A stretch of 23,244 bases of DNA. It comes from a bacterium. Its GTDB lineage: Bacteria > Arandabacterota > Arandabacteria > Arandabacterales > JALGWA01. This document shows positions 1 through 8,772 of this stretch, piece by piece. The stretch covers positions 1-23,244 of the forward strand of contig JASFEA010000035.1 of assembly GCA_050125095.1 (NCBI GenBank), written 5' to 3'. A program made the translations under genes and the position numbers. The notes beneath the pieces were generated by a model that ran no database searches, had not been told where the DNA came from, and saw nothing but the letters and a program-made list of their open reading frames with translations. Every line of letters begins with the position of its first letter. Within the stretch, counting starts at the first letter, position 1.

Positions 1-1225
1 CTTCTTCTCGATAATGGGCGGCAGGGGAAATCTGCTTCCCAGTTTCGTCGCGGTCGCCAATACGGCCAGCGACCCGGAGGGGTATATACTCAGGGGCAAT
101 GAGAGAGTCCTCAAGGCGCGCCTGGCGGACGCTCTCTTCTACTGGCAGGAAGATAAGAAGACGGGCCTGGAGGCCATGGCGGCAGGGCTGGAGAAGGTGG
201 TGTGGCAGGAATCGCTTGGGACGCTTGCGGAGAAGTCGGAGAGGATAGCCGGCCTGGCCGTCACTGTCTCGGAGATGACCGGCCTCAGCGACGCGGCGTG
301 CGCACGGCGGGCGGCGCGGCTCGCCAAGGCCGATCTGACGTCGCTTATGGTCAGAGAGAAGGAGTTTTCGAGTCTGCAGGGATATATGGGTGGAAAATAC
401 GCCGGGGCCTCGGGGGAGGGGCCCGAGGTCTCAGCCGGGATTTTCGAGCATTACCTGCCGCGCTTCGCCGAGGACGTTCTCCCCGGGACCGAGTGCGGCA
501 TAGTAGTGGCGCTGGCGGACAAGGCGGACACGCTGGCGGGCTGCTTCGGGGTCGGGTTGATTCCGACGGGATCGGAAGACCCTTACGCCCTCAGGCGCCA
601 GGCCATGGGCATCGCCAGGATATTGATAGAGAAGGAGATTCACCTCTCGCTGGGGGAGGTCTTCCGGGAGGCCATACGTCTTTACGGCGACAGGCTCACG
701 GCCGACGCCGCGGAGCTCGAGGCCGGCCTTCTCGATTTTCTAAGGCAGAGGGTGCAGACGCTGCTTACGGACAGGGGCTTCCGCTATGACCTGGTCGCGG
801 CGGTGCTCGATGCGGGCATCGACGATCCGGCGCTGATCATGAAGCGGATCGCGGCAGTCGAGGAGTTCGAGCGCCATGAGAAATTCCCTTCTCTCCTCAC
901 GGCTTTCAAGCGGGCGCATAACATCACAAGGGGCGGCTTCGACGGGGATCCCGACCCGGGACTGTTCGAGGACGAGGCCGAGGGCGACCTCCATGGCACC
1001 TACTCGAATATCCTTCCCGACTATGAAGCCTATATGCACGAGAAAGACTTCAAGGGGGCGCTCGATCTGCTTTCGGAACTTTCGGCGCCCATAGACGTCT
1101 TCTTTGACAGGGTCATGGTTATGGCAGAGGACGAGGCGCTCAGGGCCAACAGGCTCAAACTCTTAAGCAGAATCACGCACCTCTTCCTCGCGATCGCGAA
1201 CTTCTCCAGGTTGGAGACATCCTGA
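1..1225 (+). CDS. glyS: Glycine--tRNA ligase beta subunit, C-terminal part (5' truncated by window edge)
   Basis: Frame open from base 2 (FFSIMGGRGNLLPSFVAVAN). GlyS motifs GNERVLKARLADALF, LAKADL, LQGYMG..YA, EHYLPR, ALADKADTL, PTGSEDPYALRR and C-terminal FFDRVMVMAED...RANRLKLL (DALR anticodon-binding domain). Stop TGA 1223-1225. Confidence 0.97.
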   Translation, partial: FFSIMGGRGNLLPSFVAVANTASDPEGYILRGNERVLKARLADALFYWQEDKKTGLEAMAAGLEKVVWQESLGTLAEKSERIAGLAVTVSEMTGLSDAACARRAARLAKADLTSLMVREKEFSSLQGYMGGKYAGASGEGPEVSAGIFEHYLPRFAEDVLPGTECGIVVALADKADTLAGCFGVGLIPTGSEDPYALRRQAMGIARILIEKEIHLSLGEVFREAIRLYGDRLTADAAELEAGLLDFLRQRVQTLLTDRGFRYDLVAAVLDAGIDDPALIMKRIAAVEEFERHEKFPSLLTAFKRAHNITRGGFDGDPDPGLFEDEAEGDLHGTYSNILPDYEAYMHEKDFKGALDLLSELSAPIDVFFDRVMVMAEDEALRANRLKLLSRITHLFLAIANFSRLETS

Positions 1226-2934
1226 TGGCCGACATCCCGGCTCGAAGGGTCATGATTCTCGGCCTCGACGGCGCCACCTGGGCGCTGCTCCGCGGACTGG
1301 CCGCGGACGGCACGATGCCCAATCTCGCTTCATTCCTCGAGAGGGGCTGTTCGGCCGACCTCATTACGCAGGTCCCGCCCGTCACGGCCACGGCCTGGTC
1401 GAGTTTCGTCACCGGGCTGAACCCGGGCAAGCACGGCGTGTTCGAGTTCCTGCTGCGCAAGAAGGCGCTGGTGGAGGAGGCGAGATCGGCGCACAATCCC
1501 TTCGGCGAAGTGCCGGTGAATTCGGCCCTGAGGGACGGCACTCCCATCTGGGATCTCGCCGGCGAGGCGGGCCTCAAATCGGTCGTGAAGGGCGTGCCCA
1601 TTACATATCCGCCGAGCCCGATAAAAGGGGCGATGCTGAGCGGGTTCCTGACCCCCTTCGGCAGGCGCGACTTCGCCCGTCCGCCCGGGCTCCTGGGCGA
1701 GATAGAGGAGAGGTTCGGCCCCTATAAGCTGTACCACCGGCAGGTCTACTCGAGGCGCGGCGTATCGGACGTCCTGGACGAGCTCGACGACGTTCTCGAC
1801 TTCGACATCAAGGTCACCCGCTTCCTCATGGAGAGAATAGACTGGAGCCTGCTGATATCCCATTTCTGGGGAACCGACCGCGCTTCCCACGAGCTCTGGC
1901 ATCTCCTTGACGAGAGCCATCCCCGCCACGACCGCTCGGAAGCGGCCAGGTACGCGCCGCGTCTCAGGGCTTTCTATTCAACCCTCGACCGGGGACTCGG
2001 GGATGTCGTAAGCGACGCCGGCGGCGCCAATCTCATCATCATGTCCGACCACGGCTTCGGGCCCATACACACTTTTCTTTCCTTCAACATGTGGCTCGTG
2101 GGCCGGGGCATGCTGAAGTTCAAGTCGGGCCCCATGACCTGGCTCAAGCGCGCGGCTTACGGGGTGGGATTCACGCCTACGCTGCTCTACAGGATTTCGA
2201 TGGCTCTCGGGCTCGCCAAGTACCGGCTCTCGGGGGGCTTTCACTCGCGCCAGAAGATGCAGATGCTCATCCACCGGTTCTTCCTGTCGCTGGCCGACGT
2301 CGACTGGGGGGCGACGCGGGCCTATTCCCGCGGCAACTACGGCCAGATATACGTGAACCTCAAGGGCCGCGAGCCCTGGGGATCGGTGGAGCCGGGCGCC
2401 GAGTACGAAGCCGTGCGCAACGAAGTCAGGGACCGCCTCATGGAGGAGACGGATCCCGGGACGGGGGAGAAGCTCTTCGACAGGGTGTACTTCAGGGAGG
2501 AGCTTTACCAGGGGCCCTATGTGGATGAGGCTCCCGACGTTATCTTCGTCCCCAGGGATATGAGCTACAAGGCGCTCGGTACGCTTGACTTCACCAGCAA
2601 CAACTTCATGGACCCGGTTTACGGCAACTCGGGCGACCACCGCATGAACGGCGTCTTCCTGGGCCTGGGGCCGGCTTTCGCGCCCGGCCGGCGGCTCGAG
2701 GAGTTATCAATTCTGGACATCGCGCCCACCGTCCTGTATCTTCTTGGATTGCCCGTCCCGCGGGCGATGGACGGGAAGATAGCCGAGCCGGCTCTGGACG
2801 AACGCTATCTCGCTCAGAACAGAGCGGAATTTGTCGATAAAGAGCTTCTGGGGAGACTCGGCATCGGTAAGATGTCGGACGAGGACCGCGACGATATCAA
2901 GCGGCGCCTCGAGGGCATAGGCTATATCGGTTAG
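1225..2934 (+). CDS. Alkaline phosphatase superfamily protein (type I phosphodiesterase/nucleotide pyrophosphatase-like), no signal peptide, 569 aa
   Basis: ILGLDGATW metal-binding strand, PPVTATAWSSFVTG.NPGKHG (Thr nucleophile), IMSDHGFG, SGDHRMNG, DIAPT.LYLLG, C-terminal IKRRLEGIGY. ATG overlaps the glyS stop (TGATG). Confidence 0.9.
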   Translation: MADIPARRVMILGLDGATWALLRGLAADGTMPNLASFLERGCSADLITQVPPVTATAWSSFVTGLNPGKHGVFEFLLRKKALVEEARSAHNPFGEVPVNSALRDGTPIWDLAGEAGLKSVVKGVPITYPPSPIKGAMLSGFLTPFGRRDFARPPGLLGEIEERFGPYKLYHRQVYSRRGVSDVLDELDDVLDFDIKVTRFLMERIDWSLLISHFWGTDRASHELWHLLDESHPRHDRSEAARYAPRLRAFYSTLDRGLGDVVSDAGGANLIIMSDHGFGPIHTFLSFNMWLVGRGMLKFKSGPMTWLKRAAYGVGFTPTLLYRISMALGLAKYRLSGGFHSRQKMQMLIHRFFLSLADVDWGATRAYSRGNYGQIYVNLKGREPWGSVEPGAEYEAVRNEVRDRLMEETDPGTGEKLFDRVYFREELYQGPYVDEAPDVIFVPRDMSYKALGTLDFTSNNFMDPVYGNSGDHRMNGVFLGLGPAFAPGRRLEELSILDIAPTVLYLLGLPVPRAMDGKIAEPALDERYLAQNRAEFVDKELLGRLGIGKMSDEDRDDIKRRLEGIGYIG

Positions 2935-2955
2935 AGGAGGGCGACCCGGGAAGCC

Positions 2956-3675
2956 ATGGGCAAGTCGATTTCATTTGTGCTTCCGGCGTATAACGAGGAA
3001 GAGAACATCGAGAGGGCGGCCACGGCGATACTCGATGTTGCCGAGACGCTTAATCTCGATGACTACGAATTGATAATCGTCAACGACGGGAGCTCCGACC
3101 GCACCGCCGGGATCATAGACGGCATGGCCGCCGCCAATTCCCATGTCAGACCGATTCACCAGCCCGCCAATCTCGGCTATGCCGACGCACTCAAGGCGGG
3201 CTTCACGAGCGCGCGCATGGGCCTGGTGTTCTACACCGACTCGGACCTGCAGTTCGACGTAAAAGAGGTAAAGAACTTCCTGCCCGCGAGCGAAGACTAC
3301 GACCTCGTCTGCGGCTTCAGGATATACCGCTACGATCCCCTCACGCGCCTCTTCCTGGCATGGGGATACAACCTCCTCGCCAGGACCATCTTCAGACTCA
3401 GGGTGAGGGACATCGACTGCGCGTTCAAGCTCTTCCGCAGGGAGATCTTCGACGTAATCGAGATCAGGTCCAGGAAGTTCTTCGTGGATACCGAGATTCT
3501 GGCCAAGGCGAGATTCTACGGTTTCAGAATGACCGAGATCGGGGTTCGTCATTATCCCCGGGCAGGAGGCAGCAGCACCGTGCGGCCCAGCCATGTTTTC
3601 TCGACGCTGAGAGAACTGGCAAGGATATGGGCCGAGATTTACCTGGGCCGGGGCAGGAAAAAGCGAGGAGCATGA
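2956..3675 (+). CDS. Family 2 glycosyltransferase, DPM1/GtrB-like polyprenyl-phosphate sugar synthase, 239 aa
   Basis: VLPAYNEEENI, IIVNDGSSDRT, NLGYADALKAGF, YTDSDLQFD (DxD motif), D.DCAFKLFRR, FVDTEIL, EIGVRHYPR. Confidence 0.92.
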   Translation: MGKSISFVLPAYNEEENIERAATAILDVAETLNLDDYELIIVNDGSSDRTAGIIDGMAAANSHVRPIHQPANLGYADALKAGFTSARMGLVFYTDSDLQFDVKEVKNFLPASEDYDLVCGFRIYRYDPLTRLFLAWGYNLLARTIFRLRVRDIDCAFKLFRREIFDVIEIRSRKFFVDTEILAKARFYGFRMTEIGVRHYPRAGGSSTVRPSHVFSTLRELARIWAEIYLGRGRKKRGA

Positions 3676-6143
3676 CTGAACGCAGGAAAGATGTTCTAGC
3701 CATCGCCTTCCTCATTGTCCTCATTACCGTTTTTTTCTCCGCTGAGCTTTTCACAGACAGGACGCTGGTCACCTACCGTCTGACCGGCGCCTTCCCGTGG
3801 CGGTCGGAGGCGACGCCGGAAGAGCTCGCGGAGCCCTCCGTGACGTCGGACTGCACCTTCTCATACCTTCCGCGGCGGGTCTTCGCGACGCGCATGATGC
3901 GCCAGGGCGAGATACCCCTCTGGAACCCGCATCAGTTCTGCGGGACCCCGTTTCTGGCGAATTACCAGTCGGGCGTTCTCTACCCGGTGAATCTGGCCCT
4001 CTACCCGGTGGATCCGTATCAGCAGATGGATATATACCTTTATGTTCACTTCCTGGTCGCGGCCGTCTTCACCTATCTTCTTGTCCGGAGGCTCGGGGCC
4101 TCGCTCGGAGGCGCGCTGGTCTCGGCCGTCGCGTTCACTTTCTCGGGCTTCATGGCCACGCGCTACGGCCAGCCCACCTTCGTTTCGACGGCGGCATATA
4201 TCCCGGCGCTGATATTCCTCGGCGAAGGGCTTGTGACCAGACCCTGCCTCAAGCGCGCGGGCATGCTTGCTGCAGGTGTGGCGATGTGCATTCTGGCCGG
4301 GTTCCCGCAGCTGGTCTTCCTTGCCGTCTACTGCCTCGTGGCCTACATGATATTGAGGGTGGTGCTTGCGCGAGAAGCGGCGAGCCGGAGCCGCGTGGTC
4401 GTCTTCGCCCTGCTCGCGTTTTCCATCGCCGTCGCTGCTCTCATATCGGCTTTCCAGCTGCTCCCGACTTATGAGCTGAGCACTTACTCCTATCGCAAGG
4501 AACTGCCGTACGAGATGATATTGAGCAGCGCGCATCACAGACTGGCGGCTCTCAAGTACTTCGTCCCGGACAGCCTGGGGCATCCCCTGGATACAGAGGT
4601 CGGGGTCGTCAGCAAGGGCCTCATGAAAGTCGACATAGACTATGGCTTCAATCAGAATTACGTCAGCACCACAGGATACGCGGGCGTACTGACGCTGCTG
4701 CTCGCCCTGCTGGCGCTTTTAAGGCCCCGGCGGAAGATGCTGCCATTCGTGGTGCTCGGCGGCATTGCCCTCGCCACGGTGTTCGGTACGCCGGTGCTCA
4801 GGGTTTTCTACAGCCTGCTGCCCGGATTCAAGTTCTCGCGGATCGACCGCATAGTGGTCATCTACATGCTGTGTGTGTCGGTGCTCGCCGGTTTCGGCTT
4901 CGACCTGGGGTCAGGTCTGAAAATGCACAAGGGCAAGTCCGCCGGACAGAACAGGGGTGGCGAAAAGAACAGGGGTCAGGCCCCGGGCTCAGATCCCGGC
5001 TCCGGCGCGCCGACGAAGACCGCCCGGACCTTCATCGTGGCCGCCGCGGCCTTCGCTGTCTTCTCCGTTCTCCTCGGGATGTGGCTCAGGACCTCGGGCG
5101 CGGACGTAATCGTCCGGGCCTCGGGCGACATCGTCAGCCTCGACGTTTTCCGGCCGTACCTGGCGGGGAAAGCGGCGGCGTTTATGCTGCTTGCGGTAAT
5201 CGGCTCCATCTTTATCATGCTGGCCAGCTTCAAGCCCATGTCGATGAAGGCCTTCACGGCGGTGGCTCTATGCCTTCTTTTCGTGGACCTGCTGCCGTTC
5301 GCCGCCAGGTTCAAGGTGTCGCAGCCGGCCGGCGGGGTAATGCCCCCCAGCGAGTTCGTAGAGCAGCTTCCCGCAAAGAGCGGCCGGTCCAGGATCGTGA
5401 AATTCGCCTCGGATGTGCTACCCGCCAGTACGCCGACGCTACTGGAGATAGACGACATTCACGGATACAACGCTCTCAATGTGAACTACTACCTCGAGGT
5501 GCTCGGCGCCGTTGACCCGTCCGTCATCGCCACCGAAAACGCCGCGCTGCGCCGGCGGATAGGCCCGCTCTCTTCGGGGGAGGCCCTGCAGTCGCCCATA
5601 CTCGACATGATGAACGCGGCTTATATACTGACGGCCATGCTTATCGAGGGCAAGGGCCAGCCCATCCGCATCGGCAATGACGGGGTGCTGCCCAGAGCCT
5701 ATCTCGTGGGCGGAGCCCGCTTCTTCGGAACTTATGATGAAGTCCTGGGCTATATGAAGACAGGGGAGTTCGACCCCCGCAGGGAGGTTGTCCTCGTGGG
5801 GGAGAGCGGGGCTGGACCGGATTCGGCAGTTGATGCCGGCAGGGTGAGTATTGCATCCTACGGGCCCCATGAAGTCGTGATAGGTGTGGATGCCGCGAGG
5901 GACTGCTATCTCTTCATCTCGGACACCTTCTATCCGGGCTGGAGAGCGACCATCGACGGGGAAGAGGCTCCCGTACTGAGGGCGAACTACGCTTTTCGGG
6001 CGCTGTCGGTCCGGGAGGGAAAGCACGAGGTGGTCATGGCATTCGAGTCCACCCCATTCCGGACAGGCATCATCCTGTCCATTGCCGGCCTCGTGCTGCT
6101 GGCCGTAATGCTGATGTCGAGGTCGGCCGTGGCCGGTTTGTGA
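3672..6143 (+). CDS. YfhO-family polytopic membrane protein (GT-C-fold glycosyltransferase), paralogue 1, 823 aa
   Basis: Start taken as ATG 3672 (ATGA overlap with GT2 stop, GAGGAG just upstream) rather than 3360. First outer loop SDCTFSYLP...GEIPLWNPHQFCGTPFLAN, many hydrophobic segments, YfhO-type C-terminus LPRAY...SDTFYPGWRATIDG..PVLRANYAFRAL.V.EGKHEV plus a terminal TM helix. Confidence 0.88.
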   Translation: MTERRKDVLAIAFLIVLITVFFSAELFTDRTLVTYRLTGAFPWRSEATPEELAEPSVTSDCTFSYLPRRVFATRMMRQGEIPLWNPHQFCGTPFLANYQSGVLYPVNLALYPVDPYQQMDIYLYVHFLVAAVFTYLLVRRLGASLGGALVSAVAFTFSGFMATRYGQPTFVSTAAYIPALIFLGEGLVTRPCLKRAGMLAAGVAMCILAGFPQLVFLAVYCLVAYMILRVVLAREAASRSRVVVFALLAFSIAVAALISAFQLLPTYELSTYSYRKELPYEMILSSAHHRLAALKYFVPDSLGHPLDTEVGVVSKGLMKVDIDYGFNQNYVSTTGYAGVLTLLLALLALLRPRRKMLPFVVLGGIALATVFGTPVLRVFYSLLPGFKFSRIDRIVVIYMLCVSVLAGFGFDLGSGLKMHKGKSAGQNRGGEKNRGQAPGSDPGSGAPTKTARTFIVAAAAFAVFSVLLGMWLRTSGADVIVRASGDIVSLDVFRPYLAGKAAAFMLLAVIGSIFIMLASFKPMSMKAFTAVALCLLFVDLLPFAARFKVSQPAGGVMPPSEFVEQLPAKSGRSRIVKFASDVLPASTPTLLEIDDIHGYNALNVNYYLEVLGAVDPSVIATENAALRRRIGPLSSGEALQSPILDMMNAAYILTAMLIEGKGQPIRIGNDGVLPRAYLVGGARFFGTYDEVLGYMKTGEFDPRREVVLVGESGAGPDSAVDAGRVSIASYGPHEVVIGVDAARDCYLFISDTFYPGWRATIDGEEAPVLRANYAFRALSVREGKHEVVMAFESTPFRTGIILSIAGLVLLAVMLMSRSAVAGL
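4902..4997. repeat. Cluster of short repeats inside YfhO paralogue 1
   Basis: GACCTG-GGGT-CAGGTC inverted repeat 4902-4917. AGAACAGGGGT at 4948-4958 and 4966-4976. GGGGTCAGG at 4907-4915 and 4972-4980. Tandem GGGGTCAGGCCCC/GGGCTCAGATCCC at 4972-4997. Confidence 0.7.
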
Positions 6144-7786
6144 GGTTTGAATTGCCATCAATATGCGAAAGGGCCTGCAGGCCGCATCTTGTTATCTTCA
6201 TCCTGTGTCTTGTCTATTTCCTGTCTTTTGTGAAGTACGGCCTGCCCTATGACGAAGGTTATCTGCTGGACGGCGTCGAGAGGGTCATGGAAGGCCAGGT
6301 GATTTACAGGGACTTCCACCACACGTACGCGCCCGGCAGGTTCTATCTCATCGGAGCGGCCTTCGGCATCGCCGGCAAGCATATCTATGTGGAGAGAGTG
6401 ATTTTCGCCCTGCTCCAGGCGGTCAAATGCATGCTGGCCTTCCTTATCGTCAAGAGAATCACCGGGAGCAGGTGGGCTTACATGGCGCCGCTTCTCATAC
6501 TCGCCGCGCCGGGAGCCTGGCACAAGGTGTTCTTCTCCAGTCTGGGATTGCTCGCCGTGTACGCCGTTATGTCCGCAATCGAACGCGACACTGTGAAGCG
6601 CTATCTCCTGGCCGGGGCCGTCGCCGGCGCATGCGCGGTGTTCAGACAGGACTCCGCCGGATTCGCGATATTGGGAGGCGCGGCCGCCGTTGTCGTCTTC
6701 CAGATAAAAGAGAAGCGCGGGGCGGGCGGCATTCTCAGGCGGTGGCTGTGGCTGGCGGCCGGTTCCTCTGCAGTAATCGGTATCGTCTTCCTCTGGTTTT
6801 ACTCGCAGGGCGCGCTCGGCGCCATGATTCACAAGATCGCTATTGAGGGGATGAAGGACAACATGACCAACCGCATCCCCTACCCGCCATTCGGCGCCGC
6901 TGGCGGCTTCGACGCGGGCTATGCCGCGCGCATCCTGCCGGTCAAGGCTCTCTTCTATACGCCGCCGGTCGTCTATGTGCTGTCGGCATGCCTGGCCGCA
7001 TGGCTGGCCATCAGGTCCGACCGGCGCGCGACTTACGCTTCACTTGTCTGCCTTGTCGTCGTTTCGGCTCTGGCTTTCAACCAGGCCGCGTGGCGCTCGG
7101 ACCTGAGCCACCTGATCCAGTCGGCGCAGTTCGCTTTCGTCCTTATTCCCGTGTTGCTATGGGCGGCCGACGGCTTCATACGCCGCCGGGCCGGGGGTGG
7201 TGCCCTCGCGGCCGTCCGCGCCGCGATGGTCGCCGCGCCGGTCGCCCTTGTGCTCTGGGGTACGGCGAGCGCCGTCTACGCATCCAGGGACGCGGCCTTA
7301 ATCCGGCGTTTCAGGGCCGAGGGCATTTCGATCGGCGCCACCGAATATGTGGGCTCTTTTCTCCTCACCGTGGGCAATAACACCAGGCTCGACAGCGAGC
7401 GGGCCCCCGTCCTCGTCATGCCGGCGGAGGCGCGCTTCTTCTCCGAGGTCGGGTCTTTCCTCGACGAAAACACCGCGCCCGGGGACTATGTCCTCGCCGT
7501 GCCCCAGCTCCAGGTGATTTACTTCCTCTTCGACAGGAGGAATCCCACGCGCTACGCCCATTACAGGAGGGCCCTGGAGCCCGAAGAGGAGAGGCGGTAC
7601 ATAGAAGACATAAACAGGCATGAAACTGAGTTCATTTTGCTCACCGAACCGGCGCAGGGCGCGAGGCTCGCCGACACGAAGCAGAGTTTCAGCGAGTACG
7701 CCGCGCCGGTGAGGGACTTCATTCTCTTAAACTACACCGAGATCGGCAGGATCGGCTCGGTGAGAGTGTTCAGGCGGAAGCGATGA
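6140..7786 (+). CDS. Putative GT-C (PMT_2/ArnT-like) membrane glycosyltransferase, 548 aa
   Basis: GTGA overlap with upstream stop. DEG acidic motif after TM1 (GLPYDEGYLL), GQVIYRDFHHTYAPG, FRQD, many TM segments, C-terminal soluble domain (TAPGDYVLAVP...IYFLFDRRNPTRY). Confidence 0.75.
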   Translation: MRFELPSICERACRPHLVIFILCLVYFLSFVKYGLPYDEGYLLDGVERVMEGQVIYRDFHHTYAPGRFYLIGAAFGIAGKHIYVERVIFALLQAVKCMLAFLIVKRITGSRWAYMAPLLILAAPGAWHKVFFSSLGLLAVYAVMSAIERDTVKRYLLAGAVAGACAVFRQDSAGFAILGGAAAVVVFQIKEKRGAGGILRRWLWLAAGSSAVIGIVFLWFYSQGALGAMIHKIAIEGMKDNMTNRIPYPPFGAAGGFDAGYAARILPVKALFYTPPVVYVLSACLAAWLAIRSDRRATYASLVCLVVVSALAFNQAAWRSDLSHLIQSAQFAFVLIPVLLWAADGFIRRRAGGGALAAVRAAMVAAPVALVLWGTASAVYASRDAALIRRFRAEGISIGATEYVGSFLLTVGNNTRLDSERAPVLVMPAEARFFSEVGSFLDENTAPGDYVLAVPQLQVIYFLFDRRNPTRYAHYRRALEPEEERRYIEDINRHETEFILLTEPAQGARLADTKQSFSEYAAPVRDFILLNYTEIGRIGSVRVFRRKR

Positions 7787-8772
7787 AGAGGTCCAGCGCG
7801 TTGAAGGCGCTGCGCATGGTCGTGAGCGCCGGCATAATCCTCTACCTGGTCATGAAGCTTGACCTGGGGGAGATCGGAATGCACCTTAAGAACCTCAAAG
7901 CGGCGCCCCTCCTCCTCGCCGCGGCGGCCGACTTCCTCATGATCGCCGGCAATTCCCTAAGATGGAAGGTGCTCCTGAGGGCCAAGGGAATCGCGCTTCC
8001 GCTCCCCAGGCTCATTTACTATTACCTCGTGGGCATATTCTTCAGCGCGTTTCTCCCCACGAGCGTGGGAGGGGACTTCGCCCGCGTCGTCGCCGTGGCG
8101 AGCGTGACCGGCAGGCGGGCGGACGCGTTCGCCTCCGTGGTGGTGGAGCGCCTGATGGGTTTCTTCGTTCTCATACCCATTTACCTGGTCGCCATGCCCT
8201 TCGTGGCCGGCGGGCTCGCAGACTTGAGACCTCTTCTTGTGATCGGCGCAGTCGGGCTTCTCATCTTCCTCGTCGCTTATCTCGCGCTGTTGCGCCCGGT
8301 GGCGAGGCGTATCTCAAGGCTTCTCGATCCCCTCTTCAATCTCTTCTCGAGATTCAGAATCCGGGAAAAGCTGGAAAAGGCATACGAGGCAATCGTCGTG
8401 TACCGCGGTTCGAGGGCGGCCGTGGTGAGCGGGTTCGCGCTCTCGGTGGCGTCGCGTCTTCTGTGGGTGCTGGGCTGCTACTTCGTGGCGCGGGCGTTCT
8501 CGATGGAGATTTCATTCACCACGCTGCTCGTCGTCGTTCCCGTGGTGGAGCTCGCGCGCGCCATACCCATATCGCTCTCGGGCATCGGCGTCAGGGAGGC
8601 CGCGTTCGTGGCGCTGCTGGGGCAGTTCGGCGTGGGCGAGAACATCGCCTTCGCGTACGGCCTCGTGGTCTACTTCGTGTTCTTTCTCTTCTCCATTGCC
8701 GGCGGGATACTCTACGCGGCGGGCGGGCTGGGAAGAGCGGCGGCCACCCCAGGCGGGGAGCCCGTCGAATGA
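7783..8772 (+). CDS. UPF0104 / LPG_synthase_TM family membrane protein (putative flippase), 329 aa
   Basis: LRW..LL, FFSAFLPTSVGGD.AR, ASVVVERLMG, IPISLSGIGVREAAF motifs. Highly hydrophobic. ATGA overlap. Confidence 0.9.
   Translation: MKRSSALKALRMVVSAGIILYLVMKLDLGEIGMHLKNLKAAPLLLAAAADFLMIAGNSLRWKVLLRAKGIALPLPRLIYYYLVGIFFSAFLPTSVGGDFARVVAVASVTGRRADAFASVVVERLMGFFVLIPIYLVAMPFVAGGLADLRPLLVIGAVGLLIFLVAYLALLRPVARRISRLLDPLFNLFSRFRIREKLEKAYEAIVVYRGSRAAVVSGFALSVASRLLWVLGCYFVARAFSMEISFTTLLVVVPVVELARAIPISLSGIGVREAAFVALLGQFGVGENIAFAYGLVVYFVFFLFSIAGGILYAAGGLGRAAATPGGEPVE

Noticed and set aside
1225-2934. Formylglycine-dependent sulfatase call for the AP-superfamily proteins
   Set aside because: No (C/S)xPxR signature here or in 13530-14795.
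3360-3671. N-terminal extension of the 927-aa ORF
   Set aside because: Off-frame overlap with the GT2 gene; an ATGA-coupled start with RBS at 3672 fits better.
7962-8768. N-terminal extension of the 1077-aa ORF, suggesting a fusion or overlapping gene
   Set aside because: Arg/Gly-rich shadow frame of the UPF0104 gene, typical of GC-rich DNA; similarity to the paralogue begins at 8769.
1-8772. Gly-tRNA-dependent lipid aminoacylation (glyS plus LPG_synthase_TM, MprF-like)
   Set aside because: No aminoacyl-tRNA transferase (DUF2156/FemAB-type) domain in the window; stand-alone UPF0104 proteins are common in glycosylation loci.
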